Shown: piece by piece, positions 13,690 to 26,800 of the stretch
Position numbering within the stretch: the stretch's first letter is position 1
Layout: each line of letters begins with the position of its first letter
From: Sminthopsis crassicaudata
Lineage: Eukaryota
Direction: 5' to 3'
DNA: 64,000 bases
Assembly (NCBI RefSeq): GCF_048593235.1
Contig: NC_133619.1
Location: 63,502,454-63,566,453, forward strand
Program-made: the position numbers and the translations under genes
The notes under the pieces: generated by a model
What the model was told of the DNA's origin: nothing
Databases searched by the model: none
What the model saw: only the letters and a program-made list of their open reading frames with translations

Positions 13690-15260
13690 GGGGGAATAAC
13701 GGGACGCCCCTTTAGTCGCTAAGAGCACGGCAAGTGCTCTCCATCAAAAACCTGTCCATCTGTAGCACGTTACACGGACTAGATGAATGGGCGCGTCCCA
13801 GCCGCTGGGCCCCGCACCTGTGGGACCCCTCACTGCCCCACACCCGCGGCCGGCGCCGTTAGCAGCGCCCATGCTGAGGAAACTCGCGCTGAGGCTCCAG
13901 AAGATCCGGGACCACATCCGCCCGAGGGTCACCGACAAGCCATTTAACCCGAGCGGACGAAGCCGCTGGACTCGATTTCTCGGGTCTATTTCCGGCTTAA
14001 AATAAAGCACACACTAAGACGCCGCCGCCAACATGCCGAGACAATGGGGCGGCTCCTCAGACCCCTGACCGCCAGCTAGTGCGGCTCGGCTACCTCTGCC
14101 CCGGGTTCCGAGAGGGCGACACCGCCCCGGCGCGGCGGGAGAAAAGAAATCTGAGCTCAAAGGGACCAGAGGCGTTTATTCTTCCTCCTCGGAATCTACT
14201 GCGCTACTCTCCCGGCTGGCAGCGGCTTCGTAAGCGGGGGCTCTCAAAGGACTGGGGAGGGGAGGGAAAGCGGTCCTCCCGCTTTTCTAGAGGGGGGAGG
14301 AGAGCGGATCCAGGAGCTCCGATCCCTTTCCCTACTTTTTCCTGAGAAGGGGGAGGGGAGGGCCCCTGCCCCAGCACTTCTCGTGGAATGGACTGTTGAG
14401 TGTCCTGGCATCTCACGGCTCTTACAACACACAGAGCCGCACGGGGCAGCGCTCGGCGAGGGGGAGAGGGAACTCCCCCTCCCCTCCCCCATCCCCGCCG
14501 CAGACACACAAGGAGGTCCAGGACCGCCAAAGAGGCTAGGCAAAGTGGGGGAGGGGAACCCCGGGGCCCAGAGGGGTAGGGGCTGCAGGGCCGAATAGGC
14601 CGGGCTCGGGGGCAGAAGCTGCGTCCGAGGAGGGAGGAGACCGCGGCTGGGGGGGAGGGGGAACGGAGGACCGGCCCTCCTCCCCCCTTCCCCCGCGGGG
14701 GGGAAGAAGGAAGGGCACCGGGGGCGGACGCGGAGGGCGGGGCGGGGGACGCGGCACACGCTTCTGGGTCGGGACTGGCGGGAAAGGGAGCTGGGGATCG
14801 AGGGTCCAAGGAGGTTAAGTGGCGGGAGTAGAGAGGGAGGACGCGAAGGAGGGAGAGCGAAATGGAGAGCGTCCGTTCCCGAGGTAGCACTCGTCGCAAC
14901 CCCCTCCTCACTCACCTTGCCGGCCCCCGCTACGTCCCGGCTTCGATGCCTGGCTCCGCGCTGCTCCTCCCTGGCCTGCCGGGCGGGCGGCCTCGGCGCC
15001 CCTAGCAACCACGCACCGCCACGCGACCCGCGCTCGCCGGCGCCGCCGGCCACGTACCACGTGCGCGCCCCTGACTGACGGACGTGAAAACGAATGAAGG
15101 CAGGACCGAGGCGGGGAAAGTTAAATAGGGGGAAGAGAAGGACTGGAGGAGGAAGGGAGGGGAAAGGGGTGGGGGAGGGAGAGCGGGAGGGGGAGGGAGG
15201 GAGACAGTCCCCTCCCGATGATCTGCGCGTGTGCAAAAGCATTCCATTGCTCCCAAGAGG
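13690..15260. promoter_or_regulatory. CpG island/promoter of the TTLL4-position gene
   Basis: Very GC- and CpG-rich; E-box CACGTG 15058-15063, RFX-like CCCTAGCAACC 15000-15010, NRF1-like TGCGCGTGTGCA near 15224, GC boxes. Confidence 0.8.
14916..15080 (-). other. TTLL4: Probable non-coding first exon of the next minus-strand gene (TTLL4 by synteny); CDS is outside the window to the left
   Basis: Inside a CpG island; strong donor CAAG|GTGAGT at 14916/14915. Identity comes only from conserved order STK36-TTLL4 in human; no TTLL4 coding sequence is visible. TSS end is approximate. Confidence 0.6.
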
Positions 15261-15419
15261 CAATGTGAGCTGACTTTGGCGTGGTGTATTCTGGGAATTG
15301 TAGTCTTAACGATCGACTGCCGTGAATCTCAATGTACGTACACAGACTTTCTCTGAAACTCCCCCAAAGTCTGCCATTATCGCAAGTGAGCTCCAAACCC
15401 CTTTGATGAACAAATCAAG

Positions 15420-15960
15420 CGAGTCAGTATAGTATATAAGTATATGTATATTATTTATAACGTGTTATTTTATTGATATTCATATAATTAGTTATATTTA
15501 TGACATAATGGTTTCTTTTAATATATTACTTATTCCATACCCTAATATGTCATGTATATATTCTGTATTATAAGGTGATGGAGCATCAGGTCAGGAAGGC
15601 TCCGCTTCCCGAGTTCAGATCTGGCTTCAGACCTTAAAACTTGCCTCAGTTTTCTCATCTGTAAAGAACAATCTAGAGGAGGAAAAGCACTCCAGTGAAT
15701 TTACCGAGAAACCCCCAAAGGGCCCGAGAAGAGTCAGACGCTGTCGAAATGTCTGAACAATAAATACTGTATAACTTTGTGTCTGTTATGTAGCTATATT
15801 TTGTCGTTATACATTTTATTTTTATACGTAATTTGCATATCGTACAGAGTATATTACATGTACATGGATATATGCATACAATATGCATTTTTCTATGTGT
15901 ATAGTATCATAAATGAGGTGCTCTGCAAAAGCAAACATAAAGTGCTACATAAATGTTATT
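15420..15960. repeat. AT-rich low-complexity (TA-like) region
   Basis: Degenerate tata/tatgta tracts at 15425-15570 and 15770-15960. Confidence 0.6.
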
Positions 15961-16544
15961 GCTGTGCTTATGATTATAGTTCTGAAAAGCCCTTCTTTGA
16001 GGCTTACCCCATTCGCCTCTCCCTGCCTTCCTGGAAGCCTATTTATTCAGTTGAAGGGATGGATGCCTCTGACCAGATGTAAGTTGAGATGTAAGGCACG
16101 AGTTCTTAACCTGGGACCCCAGAATTTGCTTTTGAAAACATTTTCATAATTTTCACAACCATCTCAATAGAATTGGTTTCTTTTGTTATGTATTTCATGC
16201 ATTTTAAAACGTTGTCCTGAGAAGGGCTTCCCCAGACTGCCAAAGCTCAATAACCGGGCTTCTCCCAAGATACAAGTTAATGACGGGACTAACCAAGGGA
16301 AGGTGAAGAATCTTGAGAGATCTCAGAGAATGTCACTGCAGAAACCAAATAAACCAAAACTGGCCATTGGAGCGATGGAAACCTATCCTCATTCACTTCA
16401 AAATCTTTATTTTTCTCCACACATTTCTTTTAAAATATTGTGATGCTTAATATAGATGCTTCAGAAGTCATCACCAATCATTTCACATGCTCTGATGAGA
16501 CTCAAATACCACCTTGTACTCCCTTACCCCAAACACACACTTAC

Positions 16545-17105
16545 TGATGTGGGGTGTGCTCCCTTTAAGAAACTAGTCCTTTCGGATTTATTCCTTTGTG
16601 ATTCCCAGCCCCTCCTGGCTGATGCATTATCAATTCAAGCAGCTAGGACCTTGGATTCCCAAATCCTGTCTAAAGCACCCCTTTGAATTCCAATTGGAGA
16701 TCCTGGCCTGTCCCAGCCCCCACTAACTCTCTCATTATAAAAGAGCCAAGCTGGAGCTCTCTTTGCAGAGGTTCCTAACAGGGCAGCCTTACGCCGGTCA
16801 CGTCAAGGGTCTCTGCCCACCAGACCTGTAGCTCCGGTGCCCTCTTATCTCTATCCTCAACTTTACTAACTGAACTTTACTTCCAAACCCCACAATAAAC
16901 CTCTTATCAATCTGGCTTTTTGGTCTATAAATTCCTTTACAGGAGACTCTTGCGCTGCCACTAGACCTCATTTAACTCCCTTTCCTTGCGCCGAATCCAA
17001 AGGGGTTGCAGGGGAGCTCCATTTGACTCCCTATACCCCGAACCTGCCACTATACCTCAATTAAATCCTAATTTCATTTAGATACTCCTTATCTAATTCT
17101 GATCA
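16545..17105 (+). mobile_element. Solo LTR, ERV1/gammaretrovirus-like (561 bp)
   Basis: TGAT...ATCA termini; 4-bp TSD TTAC (16541-16544 and 17106-17109); CCAATTGG near 16690, TATAAAA 16736-16742, AATAAA 16894-16899 in U3-R-U5 order. Confidence 0.75.
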
Positions 17106-17237
17106 TTACCACCAGCACTCTAGACAACGGGGTCATCGTTATTTATGTCCTAGTTGATTTTGAGAAACCAGGGAGAGAAATATAAACTCAGGAAAACTTA
17201 AGAAATTCAAAAGGAGGGATGAGAAGCACTTTTTTTT

Positions 17238-17243
17238 TTTATT
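17238..17243 (-). terminator. Likely STK36 polyadenylation signal AATAAA
   Basis: AATAAA on the minus strand ~590 nt after the stop, running into a genomic A-run. Confidence 0.55.
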
Positions 17244-17833
17244 AAAAGACTTTACAAAAAATTGATATAACTACCCTCACCCATAGATGGAAACATGAGT
17301 ACAAAACAGGGACTAGGTATCAGGGTGGCCCCCAGCAACAGGGAGACACACGCAAGGATTTATAAACACACTTCAGAACTGAGCACAGATGTTGCTCCCA
17401 GCTCAGGATGTGGGGTCTGGCACACAAAAAGTAGAAGCCTTTTGGAGCAACAATGAAGACCCTCCAAAAGAGAGAGTCTGGAGCTCCTATAAGGTTGGTT
17501 CCCTTAAGTCCATGAAATTAGTTCCTGGGACTAAAGGTATTTTACTGAGGAGAATATATCCCAAGATATGGAAAAGAACCAAGGGTCCCATGGAACCAAG
17601 AGAGCCAGAGGACGGGGTCCAAGAAGTCTGATTTTGGCCTGAGAAGGCAGAAATCTCCCTGTGGCTGAAGGAAAATAAGACTTTTCTAATGGGGATCATT
17701 TCGGATCTGTGATCATGAAAGGCCCCTATCTCCCTCTTCTGGCCTCTTGGTAAATTAGTGGTTTGTGTGAAAGGAAGAGGCCCATGGAGCTGTGTCTGAA
17801 GAGACTGGTGGCTTGGGAGCCAGGATTTCGGGC

Positions 17834-20800
17834 TCACGTGCTGTGAGCTGGTCTCAGGAGGTGGATGAGTTTCTTGCAGTGCCTGGCAGAAGAGGGTCGG
17901 GGGCTCCCAGGAGGGAGTGGGCCAGACGATGAGAGGGAAGCTAATTTCTCACTGGCGTCCAAGGACACCAACACCTGGAAAAGAGCAGAACATTCAAGAT
18001 GTCAGGTAGCTCCTGACTGACCCCTCCAGGTGGCGCTGGCTGGGCAGACCTTCAGAGTGGGCATTTCCTCTTGGTGATTTTATTGCTAACTCTATCAGGA
18101 GAGGGGTGCCCTGAGAAGAGGGGGACACTGGGCTAGGCCCCTACACTCCTACCTCCCCATTGCAGATAAAAATGAGAAATAAGTCAAGGCAGCCTGATGA
18201 TCTCAAATGATCCTGCAGCATGGTTGGCAAATCTTGGCCAACTCTGGTGCCCCCTCTCCCTTCAATGGAGATATGGAATGGGTCCTTACGGAGCAGGATC
18301 TAGAATTCTAACTCTAGAATTCACCCCTGAGAGGCTTGGAGGGACAAGGATGCTGATCTCTGTGTGCAGAACCACTGCAGGAGAGAGAGCTTTCTTCACA
18401 AAAATGGTGGCTTCTCGGCCTAATGGTTCTCACTGCAGGACTCTCACTCCCTTAGGGAGTGACACACAAGACTGGCCCATTTCCTTCTCAATCCCTGGAT
18501 GCTCCTCCTGGCTCCACAGCTTTTTGTTTTTTTAATAGTCAAACATAAGCTAGGTTTCCACCCTGAGACTTCTCTTCCCCAGTGGCTGTTTGGGAGGTAA
18601 TATGGCCAACAGGGGAGCTCAGTGTTGAGGTCTCTGAGGATATACCTGATGGATGCAGGGTTCTTGCCGGAGGCTCCGCAGAGCAATGAGGGCAGCTTCT
18701 CTCACTGTGGGTTGGGGATCCCCACATGCTGTTTCTAGGAGCCGATGGGGCACCTGGCACCGAAGTAGTTCCTCCCCTAACCCTTCAGGGCCCAGGTTGC
18801 CCAAAGCAGAAGCTGCATTACGACGGGTGCCCGTCTGAGGATCACCTAGCAGTTGGGTTACCCTAGGCACTGCGGGTGCTAGAGCTGCTGCCAGAGGCCC
18901 AGCCTGGTAGGCTGCATTCCCAACAGCAAAGCTGGCACTGCGGCGAACAGCAGGGTCCTTGTCCCTCAGCCCAGCCAAAAGCAAGCTCAGCAGTCCTGCC
19001 TGGCTCTGGAGGGCCCCCCGAAGGGCAGTGCTGTGATGTAACAAGTGACCCAAGAGCCCATAGGCTCGGGCACGCACTGGATTCTCTGGATGGCCCAGGA
19101 GGCAGCGCAGAGGCCAGTAGGATTCATCAGGCCCAGCTAAGAGGTCCTGTAGGAAAAATAAGTGGGTGGGAGGCCAGACTCGGGCTGCATGGGCTAAGAG
19201 GGACAGGATGTCAGAGGTCAGAAGGGGCTGGTCCCCCAGTAAGGCGGCTGACAGGAAGGTGATGGTGTTCGGTGAGGCAGCCACAGCAGCTACAAACTGA
19301 TTGAGGGTGGTGGAATCTGTAAGGGCCAGACGGGTGAGAAGGCTGACAGGCAGCTCAGCCTGTGGTAGCAGGAGGTAACGGCAACAGACCTGAGGGAATC
19401 AAGGTGAGCACATGAGAAGAAGAGAAAGCTGTCCTTGGCCTCCCCAGAGAGGAGTTTCTCAGAATAAGAGGAACCAAATCCTAGGGCAGAGCCGGAGAGA
19501 AGAGGAAGTACAGAGTATTACTGCCTCCATTTCCCAAACAAGAAATGTAAATGGATAGGCTATCCATACCCAGTGCAAACATCTCCCCCAGGAATAATCA
19601 AAGAAAAGAGCTGTCCCCAAAAAGAGACAGGACAAGTTACCTTGCCCCACAGGGATGGAATATTATATATGTTTTCATGTTTTTTCAATGTGTTGGTTGA
19701 TTTTTGCTGCCAATTTTTTTCTTTTAAAATTTTTCTTTAAAATATTCCTTACTATATGGGATATTTCTCTGGGAAGAGGGAAGGAATACGGGGAGGAAAT
19801 TGGGGGATGTAAAAAAACCAAGATGTCAAATATAATTTTTTACAAAAATTTCAAAGATGCTAAGTGACTTGTGTAGAACCAACAACACATTGTACCCAGC
19901 AACAAGAAGATTATCTGATGATCAACTCTGATCGATGAGGCTCTTTTCAACAATGAGATGATTAAAGGCAATTATAATAGATTTGGATTGGAACAGCCAT
20001 TCCCATCCAGAGAGAGAGCTGCAGGGACTGAATGTGGATCACAATGCAGTACTTTCACCTTTTGTTGTTATTGTTTGTTTGCTTTTCTTAATTTTTTTTT
20101 CCCTTTTGATCTGATTTTTCTTGTGCAGCATGATAAATGTGGAAATATGTTTAGAAAAAATGCACATGTTTAACCTAAACTGAATTACTTGCTGACTAGG
20201 GGAGGGGGAGAGGAAGAGGAAAGAGAAAAGTTTGGAATACAAGGTTTTTCAAGAGTGAATGTTGAAAACTATCTTTGCATGTATTTTGAAAAATAAAAAG
20301 CTATTACTATACTTAAAAAAACTAAAAAGATATCAAGGAAACTTTTGGCCAAGGACCCCAAAATGGGGAAATGCTCCCTTTGGGCTTTTGCTCATGGCAT
20401 TAATGGGGACTAACTCTCATTGTGGTCTTCATCCAAGCCCAAGGACCAATACCAACTCTTCCTTGACCTCCCTTCTCTTTGCCAGGCTTTAGTGAGACAC
20501 TATCTTTGTTCTTGAAAGGTGGAATTACAATAGAAAGCATAGAAACAATTATGAAGATAACTAGCAATTGCTGGGCATATTGAGGGGAGGTTGCTGGAGT
20601 GATTGCCATTACTAGAACCAGCTGAAATGACTGAAAATGATTTCTGCGGGATGGTTTTGAACCAGGAAAGAGAGATATTTGGAGAAGGGGAAAGACACAT
20701 AGGCTAGAAAGCAGAAGTAATCAAATCCTGGGTAAGGAAATATATTTTGTGGAAACTAACCCTTTGCCTGCCCCTACACCCAACCCAGCCTTCCAACAGC

Positions 20801-23800
20801 AATCTTCTACTGGATAGCTGCCCCCCGCCTGCTCCTCCAAGGCTGCAGTGGCACCTACGTACCTGCAGCAGATTGGCTGGCACGTCTGAATCCCTAAGGT
20901 CGGTCAGGATACTTAGAAGAATATCAACATCCACATCCATGGCAAAAGGAAAGCAGAGAAGCTGGCAGACAGGAAGTACCACTGCTGGAAGCAGCTCGGA
21001 CCCATGGGGTCTGGGGAGTGCAGATGAGGCTGATGTTCTCGATCTCTCTCACCCACTCCAATGCCAGACCACTGGCTGGCTCCTTGCGGCAGACTGCATC
21101 CCCTCTCCCTAAGGCTTGGACCCAATTTCCCAGTCCCCCAATCCCTCATCCCCTCCCCTCATTTCCCAGTATCTGGTTCCTCTCCTTTAACAGACTCATT
21201 CTTGGCTAAGGCCCAGACTCACGCCTGCCCAAGCTGTTGCAGGAAGCTAGGAGACAATAGGTGCTTCAGAGTGGACATGAGGATGCTGCCATGCTGAATC
21301 AGGTGGGGGAGACACAGGTGGGGCTCCTGGGTAAAGACTGCCAGGGCAAGGTTGAGCAGAGCGGTTATACCTGTGAACACAAGGGTGAGAAAGTGAGGAA
21401 ACAGACCATTAGGAAAAAGAGGAGCCCAATGAGTCCTGTGGCCTAGGGCTATTTTCAGGCTCACAGGATCAAGCACTAGTGTTAGAAGAGACCCCAGGGA
21501 TCACTTAATCCAAGCCCCTGATCATTTTGCACATGTGACAGCCCGGGTGGGAAGGGGACAGTCCCAAGAGTGCCCAGAGAGAGGATGTGACCTTGGCCTC
21601 CAAATTCAGAGCTCTTTCCACTTAAACTACACTGTCTCTCCTCCCTGAATAACTAGGAAGATAATCCTACAGCAGCTCTCAAGTTCTGCCAGCCTCCCCT
21701 TCCCGTGAAATGCCTATGATAGCCTTTGCCTACCAAGATATTACAGACAGAAAATTGGATTCACCATAAGTTGTTGGATCCAGTGCTGGAAGGGATCTCA
21801 GAGGTCATCTAGTCCCGCCCCTTCAATTTACAGACAAGAAAACTTGGGAACATTAAGTGATTCGACTCTAAATCTCATAGGAAGAGAACCAACCTGGGCT
21901 TAGAATGGGGATGATACAAAGGATGGGACTGGTCAGGAACCAAGGGCCAGGGCCATGCGGATGTCAAAGACTGGAAACTTGAGGGGGCCCACAGAACCAT
22001 TGATCTTAATGAATAAGACATAAAATCTCTGAGAATTCTACCTCGGGGAGAGATGAGAGTCCATTCAGGCTCTGGGATGGTTTGGCTGGGTAGGTTCCTC
22101 TTGTCCTCTGAGGTGGGTACCTCCTCAGACAGCCTCAGTGTCATGAAGAATCGGTGCCACAAAATGGTCCACAGTTCTGAGTTGGCCACATCCTGCACTA
22201 TCTCAGCTCCACCCTGAAAGAGAAAGCATCCAGGTGGGGACTGGGCTTCAGTTGCCAGGATTCCAAGTTATTCTTCCCTGCCCCCAGTGTATAGGGAAAG
22301 GGCACCCTAAAAACAACCTTCTCTTCATGATATCAACATTGACCAGTTTCTCTAGCCTTCCCCACATCCACTCCTACAACCCCAGACTCCTATGACCATG
22401 CCCCAGGGGAGAAATAATTTTCCCTGTTAGCCTTCTAGGTTCACAGTGGATGTAGCCAACTTGGTACTTCAGATCTCTAAGATGATGGAAGAAAGGGAGC
22501 AGCTAGTTGCAAGCAGGCACAGCAAATTAAAAAAGAGAAGTAAAACTAAAATTCCTCTTGTGTTCTACACAGCACAATAACCTAGTTCCCTTGTCCTGAT
22601 TTCTCGTCTGTCCTGGGTTGTGCAGATACCTGGGTGATGAGCTGCAACAAAAGAAACAACAGCCCATCGTAGAATCCAGAACCACCAGGTGGAGTACGAC
22701 GTAACTGCAAGAAAGAAGGGAAGGTGGTCAGGTATGGATAGAAACTATATACTTTAGGGGCTTGTCCAATCGCATCCAGAGTAGCAGAAGGTTGTATCTG
22801 TTAGACAGATGAGCAGCCAGAAAATCTAGAGTGTAATAATTATTCCAGACTTGGTTCCAGAGGAAACCTCATGCTATATGTAATAAATACTTTCCTTTGA
22901 AAAAAATTATTGATTTCATCTTAACACAATAGATATTTCCCAACAAATATCTAAAAAGTATGTTCCTCAAAAAGCTTACTGAGTCTTCTTTTTAAAAATT
23001 TTTATTTTAATTTTCCATATAATAATATTATTTTTGCAATACATGTAAAGATACTTTTCATGCAAAGTAAAACAATTTTGAGTTACTACCATACATTTCT
23101 CAGATTGTCTTAAGATGATAGGAAAAAATAATGATGAATGTTGGAAGGGATGTGGAAAAACTGGGAGATTTAGTACATTGTTGGTGGAGTTGTGAACTGA
23201 TTCAACCATTCAGGAGAGCAATTTGGAACTATGCCCAAAAGGCTACCAAACTGTGGATACCCTTTGATCCAGCAGTATTTCTACTGGGTTTGTATTCTAA
23301 AGAGATCATAAAGAAGGAGCCACATGTGCAAAAATGTTTGTGTCAGCCCTTTTCATAGTGGCAAGAAACTGGAAACTGAGTAGATGCCCATTAGTTGGAG
23401 AATGGCTGAATAAGTTATGGCTTATGAATGTAATGGAATGTTATTGCTCTATAAGAAACGATCAGCATGATGATTTCAGAAAAGCCTGGAGGGACTTACA
23501 TGAACTGATGCTGAGTGAAATGAGCAGAACCAGGAGATCGTTATACACAGCAACAGCAAGACTATATGATGATCAGTTATGATGGACGTGGCTGTCTTCA
23601 ACACTGAGATGATTCAGGCCAATTCCAATGGTTTTGTGATGAAGAAAGCCATCTATAGCCAGAGAGAAGACTGTGGGAACTGAGTGTGGATCACAACATA
23701 GTATTTTCATTCTTTTTGTTGTTTGCTTGCATTTTGTTTTCCTTTCTCATTTTTTCCCTTTTTGATCTGATTTTTCTTGTGCAGCATATTTGTGAAAACA

Positions 23801-26800
23801 TGTACAGAAGACTTGCACATGTTTAACATATATTGGATTATTTGCCATCTAAGGGAGGGGGTGGGGGTAAGAGAAGGAAAAAATTTGGAACATAAGGTTT
23901 TGCAAGGGTGAATGTGAAAATTATCCTTGCATATATTTTAAAAATACAAATAAAAAAGCTTTGATTTTAAAAAGTTACTTTTCAACATTCACTTATTTTA
24001 AAATGTTGAGTTCCAAATTTTTTTCTCCCTCCTCTTCTATTCCTCAAGATGGCAAGCAATTTGATACAGGCTATATGTGTACAATCGTATTACATATACT
24101 TCCACATTAGCCATGTTGTGAAATAAGAATCAGAATAAAAGGGGAAAACCATACACACACAAAAAGTTAAATTAGTATGCTCTGATTTGCATTTAGATGC
24201 CACAGTTCTTTCTCTGGATATGAGATGTTCTCTTAGTTCTGCTCACTTCACCCATCAGTTCATGCAAATCTTTCAAGTTTTTTTTCTGAAATTGGCCTGC
24301 TCATCATTTTTAATAGATCAATTATATTCATATACAACTTGTTCAGCCATTCCCAATTAATTTCCAATTCTTTGCCACTACAAAAAAGAGCTGCTATAAA
24401 GTTTTGTACTTGTGAGTCCTTTCCCTCCCCTGCTCCCCTTTTTTAAAATGATCTCTCTGGAATATAGAACTAGTAGTTGGTTTTGTTGCATCAAAAATTA
24501 TTTTTTTAGCCCTTTGGGCATAGTTCCAAATTGCTCTCCAGAATGGTTGGATCAGTTCACAATTTCATCAACAATGCATTAGTGTTCCAATTTTCCCACA
24601 TCCTCTCCAACTTTTATCATTTTCCTTTTCTGTCATATTAGCCAATATGATTGGTATGAGGTGGTACATTTCTCTAATCAATAATGATTTAAATAATTTT
24701 TCATATGACTATATATAACTTTAATTTCTCCATCTGAAAATTGCCTGTTCATATCCTTTGACCATTTATCAACTAGGAAATATTTGTTTCTTATAATTTT
24801 GACTCAATTCTCTCTATATTTTAATAATTAGACCTCAATCAGAAACATTTGCTATAAAGATTGTTTCCAGCTTCCTGCTTTCCTTCTAACCTTAATTGTA
24901 TTGTCTTTATGTAAAAACTTTTTCATTTAATGTAATCAAAATTATCCATTTTGCATTTCATAATATTTTCTATTTCTTGTTTGGTCATAAATTCCTCCCT
25001 TCTCCAAAGATTTAAGAGGTAAACGGTTTCTTGCTCTTCTAATTTGCTTATGGTATCACTATGTTTAAATCATATTCCTATTTTGAACCCATCTTGATAT
25101 AGAGTATAAGATGTTGGTCAATGCCTAGTTTCTGCTATGCTATTTTCCAATTTTCCCAGAAGTTTTTTGTCAGAGTGAGTTCCTATCCCGGAAGCTGGAG
25201 TCTTTAGGTTTATCAAATAATAGATTACTATAGTCACTGACTACTGGGTTTTGTGTACCTAACCTATTCCACTGATTCACCCTCTATTTCTTAGCCAGTA
25301 TCTAGCAGTTTTGAAGATTGCCACTTTAGATATGGTACAGTTAGTCCACCTTCCTTTGCATTTTGTTTTCATCACTTCCTTTAATATTCTTGACCAAGTT
25401 CATCAATTCTTAACAGAAAGAAGTGTAGTAGCCTTTAGCATGGCTGACTTGGTGCTAATCCCAATCACCATTGCAGATTATGTACCTCTTGACAAGGTCC
25501 TTATTTATACCTTATCACTTGGCTAGTCAAAGCAAGTATCAAAATCAGAACCAAATGAGAAGAAATAAGATTACCTTCCATAAAAATCACAAAACTTTCA
25601 ATCTAATCTATTTCAGGAACTACTGACACACAAACTTAAGTGAGAAATAACAAAGATATTTACTTCTGTTATCACTATTTTCTACTGAAATTTAATTGAT
25701 GGAAAGCAATTACCACAAGGTGGCCAAAACCCTTAATTTCTTTTGATTAAGAGGAGAAATGAAGCAGCTAGGTGCAGTGAAGTATTAACACTGATTGTAC
25801 AGTGAGTGATGTGAGAAAATCTGGGGCCTAAAATACAAGGAAAGGGAAAAGACACCGAGATTGTGCAGCTTGGAGGAGGAAATAGCCTTGGGTGTGTGAT
25901 ACATAGTGATCCTTCTCCATCTTCATGAGGAACAGAAGGGGAGGGAATGGACAGTGGGAGTGATGAAGATTCAACAGCAGGAAGACTTTTTCAACAGTAA
26001 CAGGCACCTAAAGCAACCTCATTCTGTTCCTTCAGGTCAGCCTCTTGCTTCCAGACAATGGGAGAAAGTTTTGTCTCCCTCCAAGAGTGCCTTACCTCTG
26101 CAGGAGCAGACAGCGCGTGTGCGGCTGCAGCAATCCACTCCTTGGGCTGGAGATTGAAGGCCACACCCTGCTGGCTGAGCTGGGACAGCAGGCCAGCTGC
26201 CGCACTCTATAAAGAAGACCAAGGTGGGGTAAGGAGCAGGAAGCAAGGAGGCTCAGTGCCCTACGCTGCAGCTGGATCCCAGAAGAGAAGCTTAAATTTG
26301 GCCTCAGACAGAGCCTCTGCCTGCCCCAGTTTTCTGTCCAAGGGGGATAACAGCATTGACTCCACAGGGGTGTTATGAGGAGCCAATGAAATATCTGTAA
26401 AGTGTTTTACAGATCTCAGTGCAGTAGCTAGTAAATATCTATTAAGTATCTACCATGTACCAGGCACTTAGATAAATAGGCAAATGATAGCTATCAAGAT
26501 TTGAATGGCTATGGGATCGGATGAGGACAGGAGGACTATATCTTGATGTAGAATAGCAGCATTTTCTTCAGAAGCAGCTAAAATTGGGACAGTTGTCCCA
26601 TCTCTCCTACAGCTTCATGAGGGGTTTGGGAAGAAATTAGATTAGACTTACAACAAGAGAGACAACAGGTGAATGGACAAAAAGAACAGCAAGCTCATTC
26701 CCTATCTTCTTAACCCTGGAAAAAGAGGATAAAGGGACTCAATAGGATTATTGTGGATTACATAAAGGAGGAACCAAGACTTTTCTTTGCTCTGATAAAA

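Noticed and set aside
14204-15263. 235- and 339-aa Pro/Arg-rich ORFs, and similar ORFs at 39942-41090 and 48853-50450
   Set aside because: Stop-poor GC-rich CpG-island sequence, overlapping ORFs on both strands, no recognisable domains.
23131-23582. L1 ORF2-like short ORFs
   Set aside because: Frameshifted, 5'-truncated L1 fragments that cannot encode an active element.
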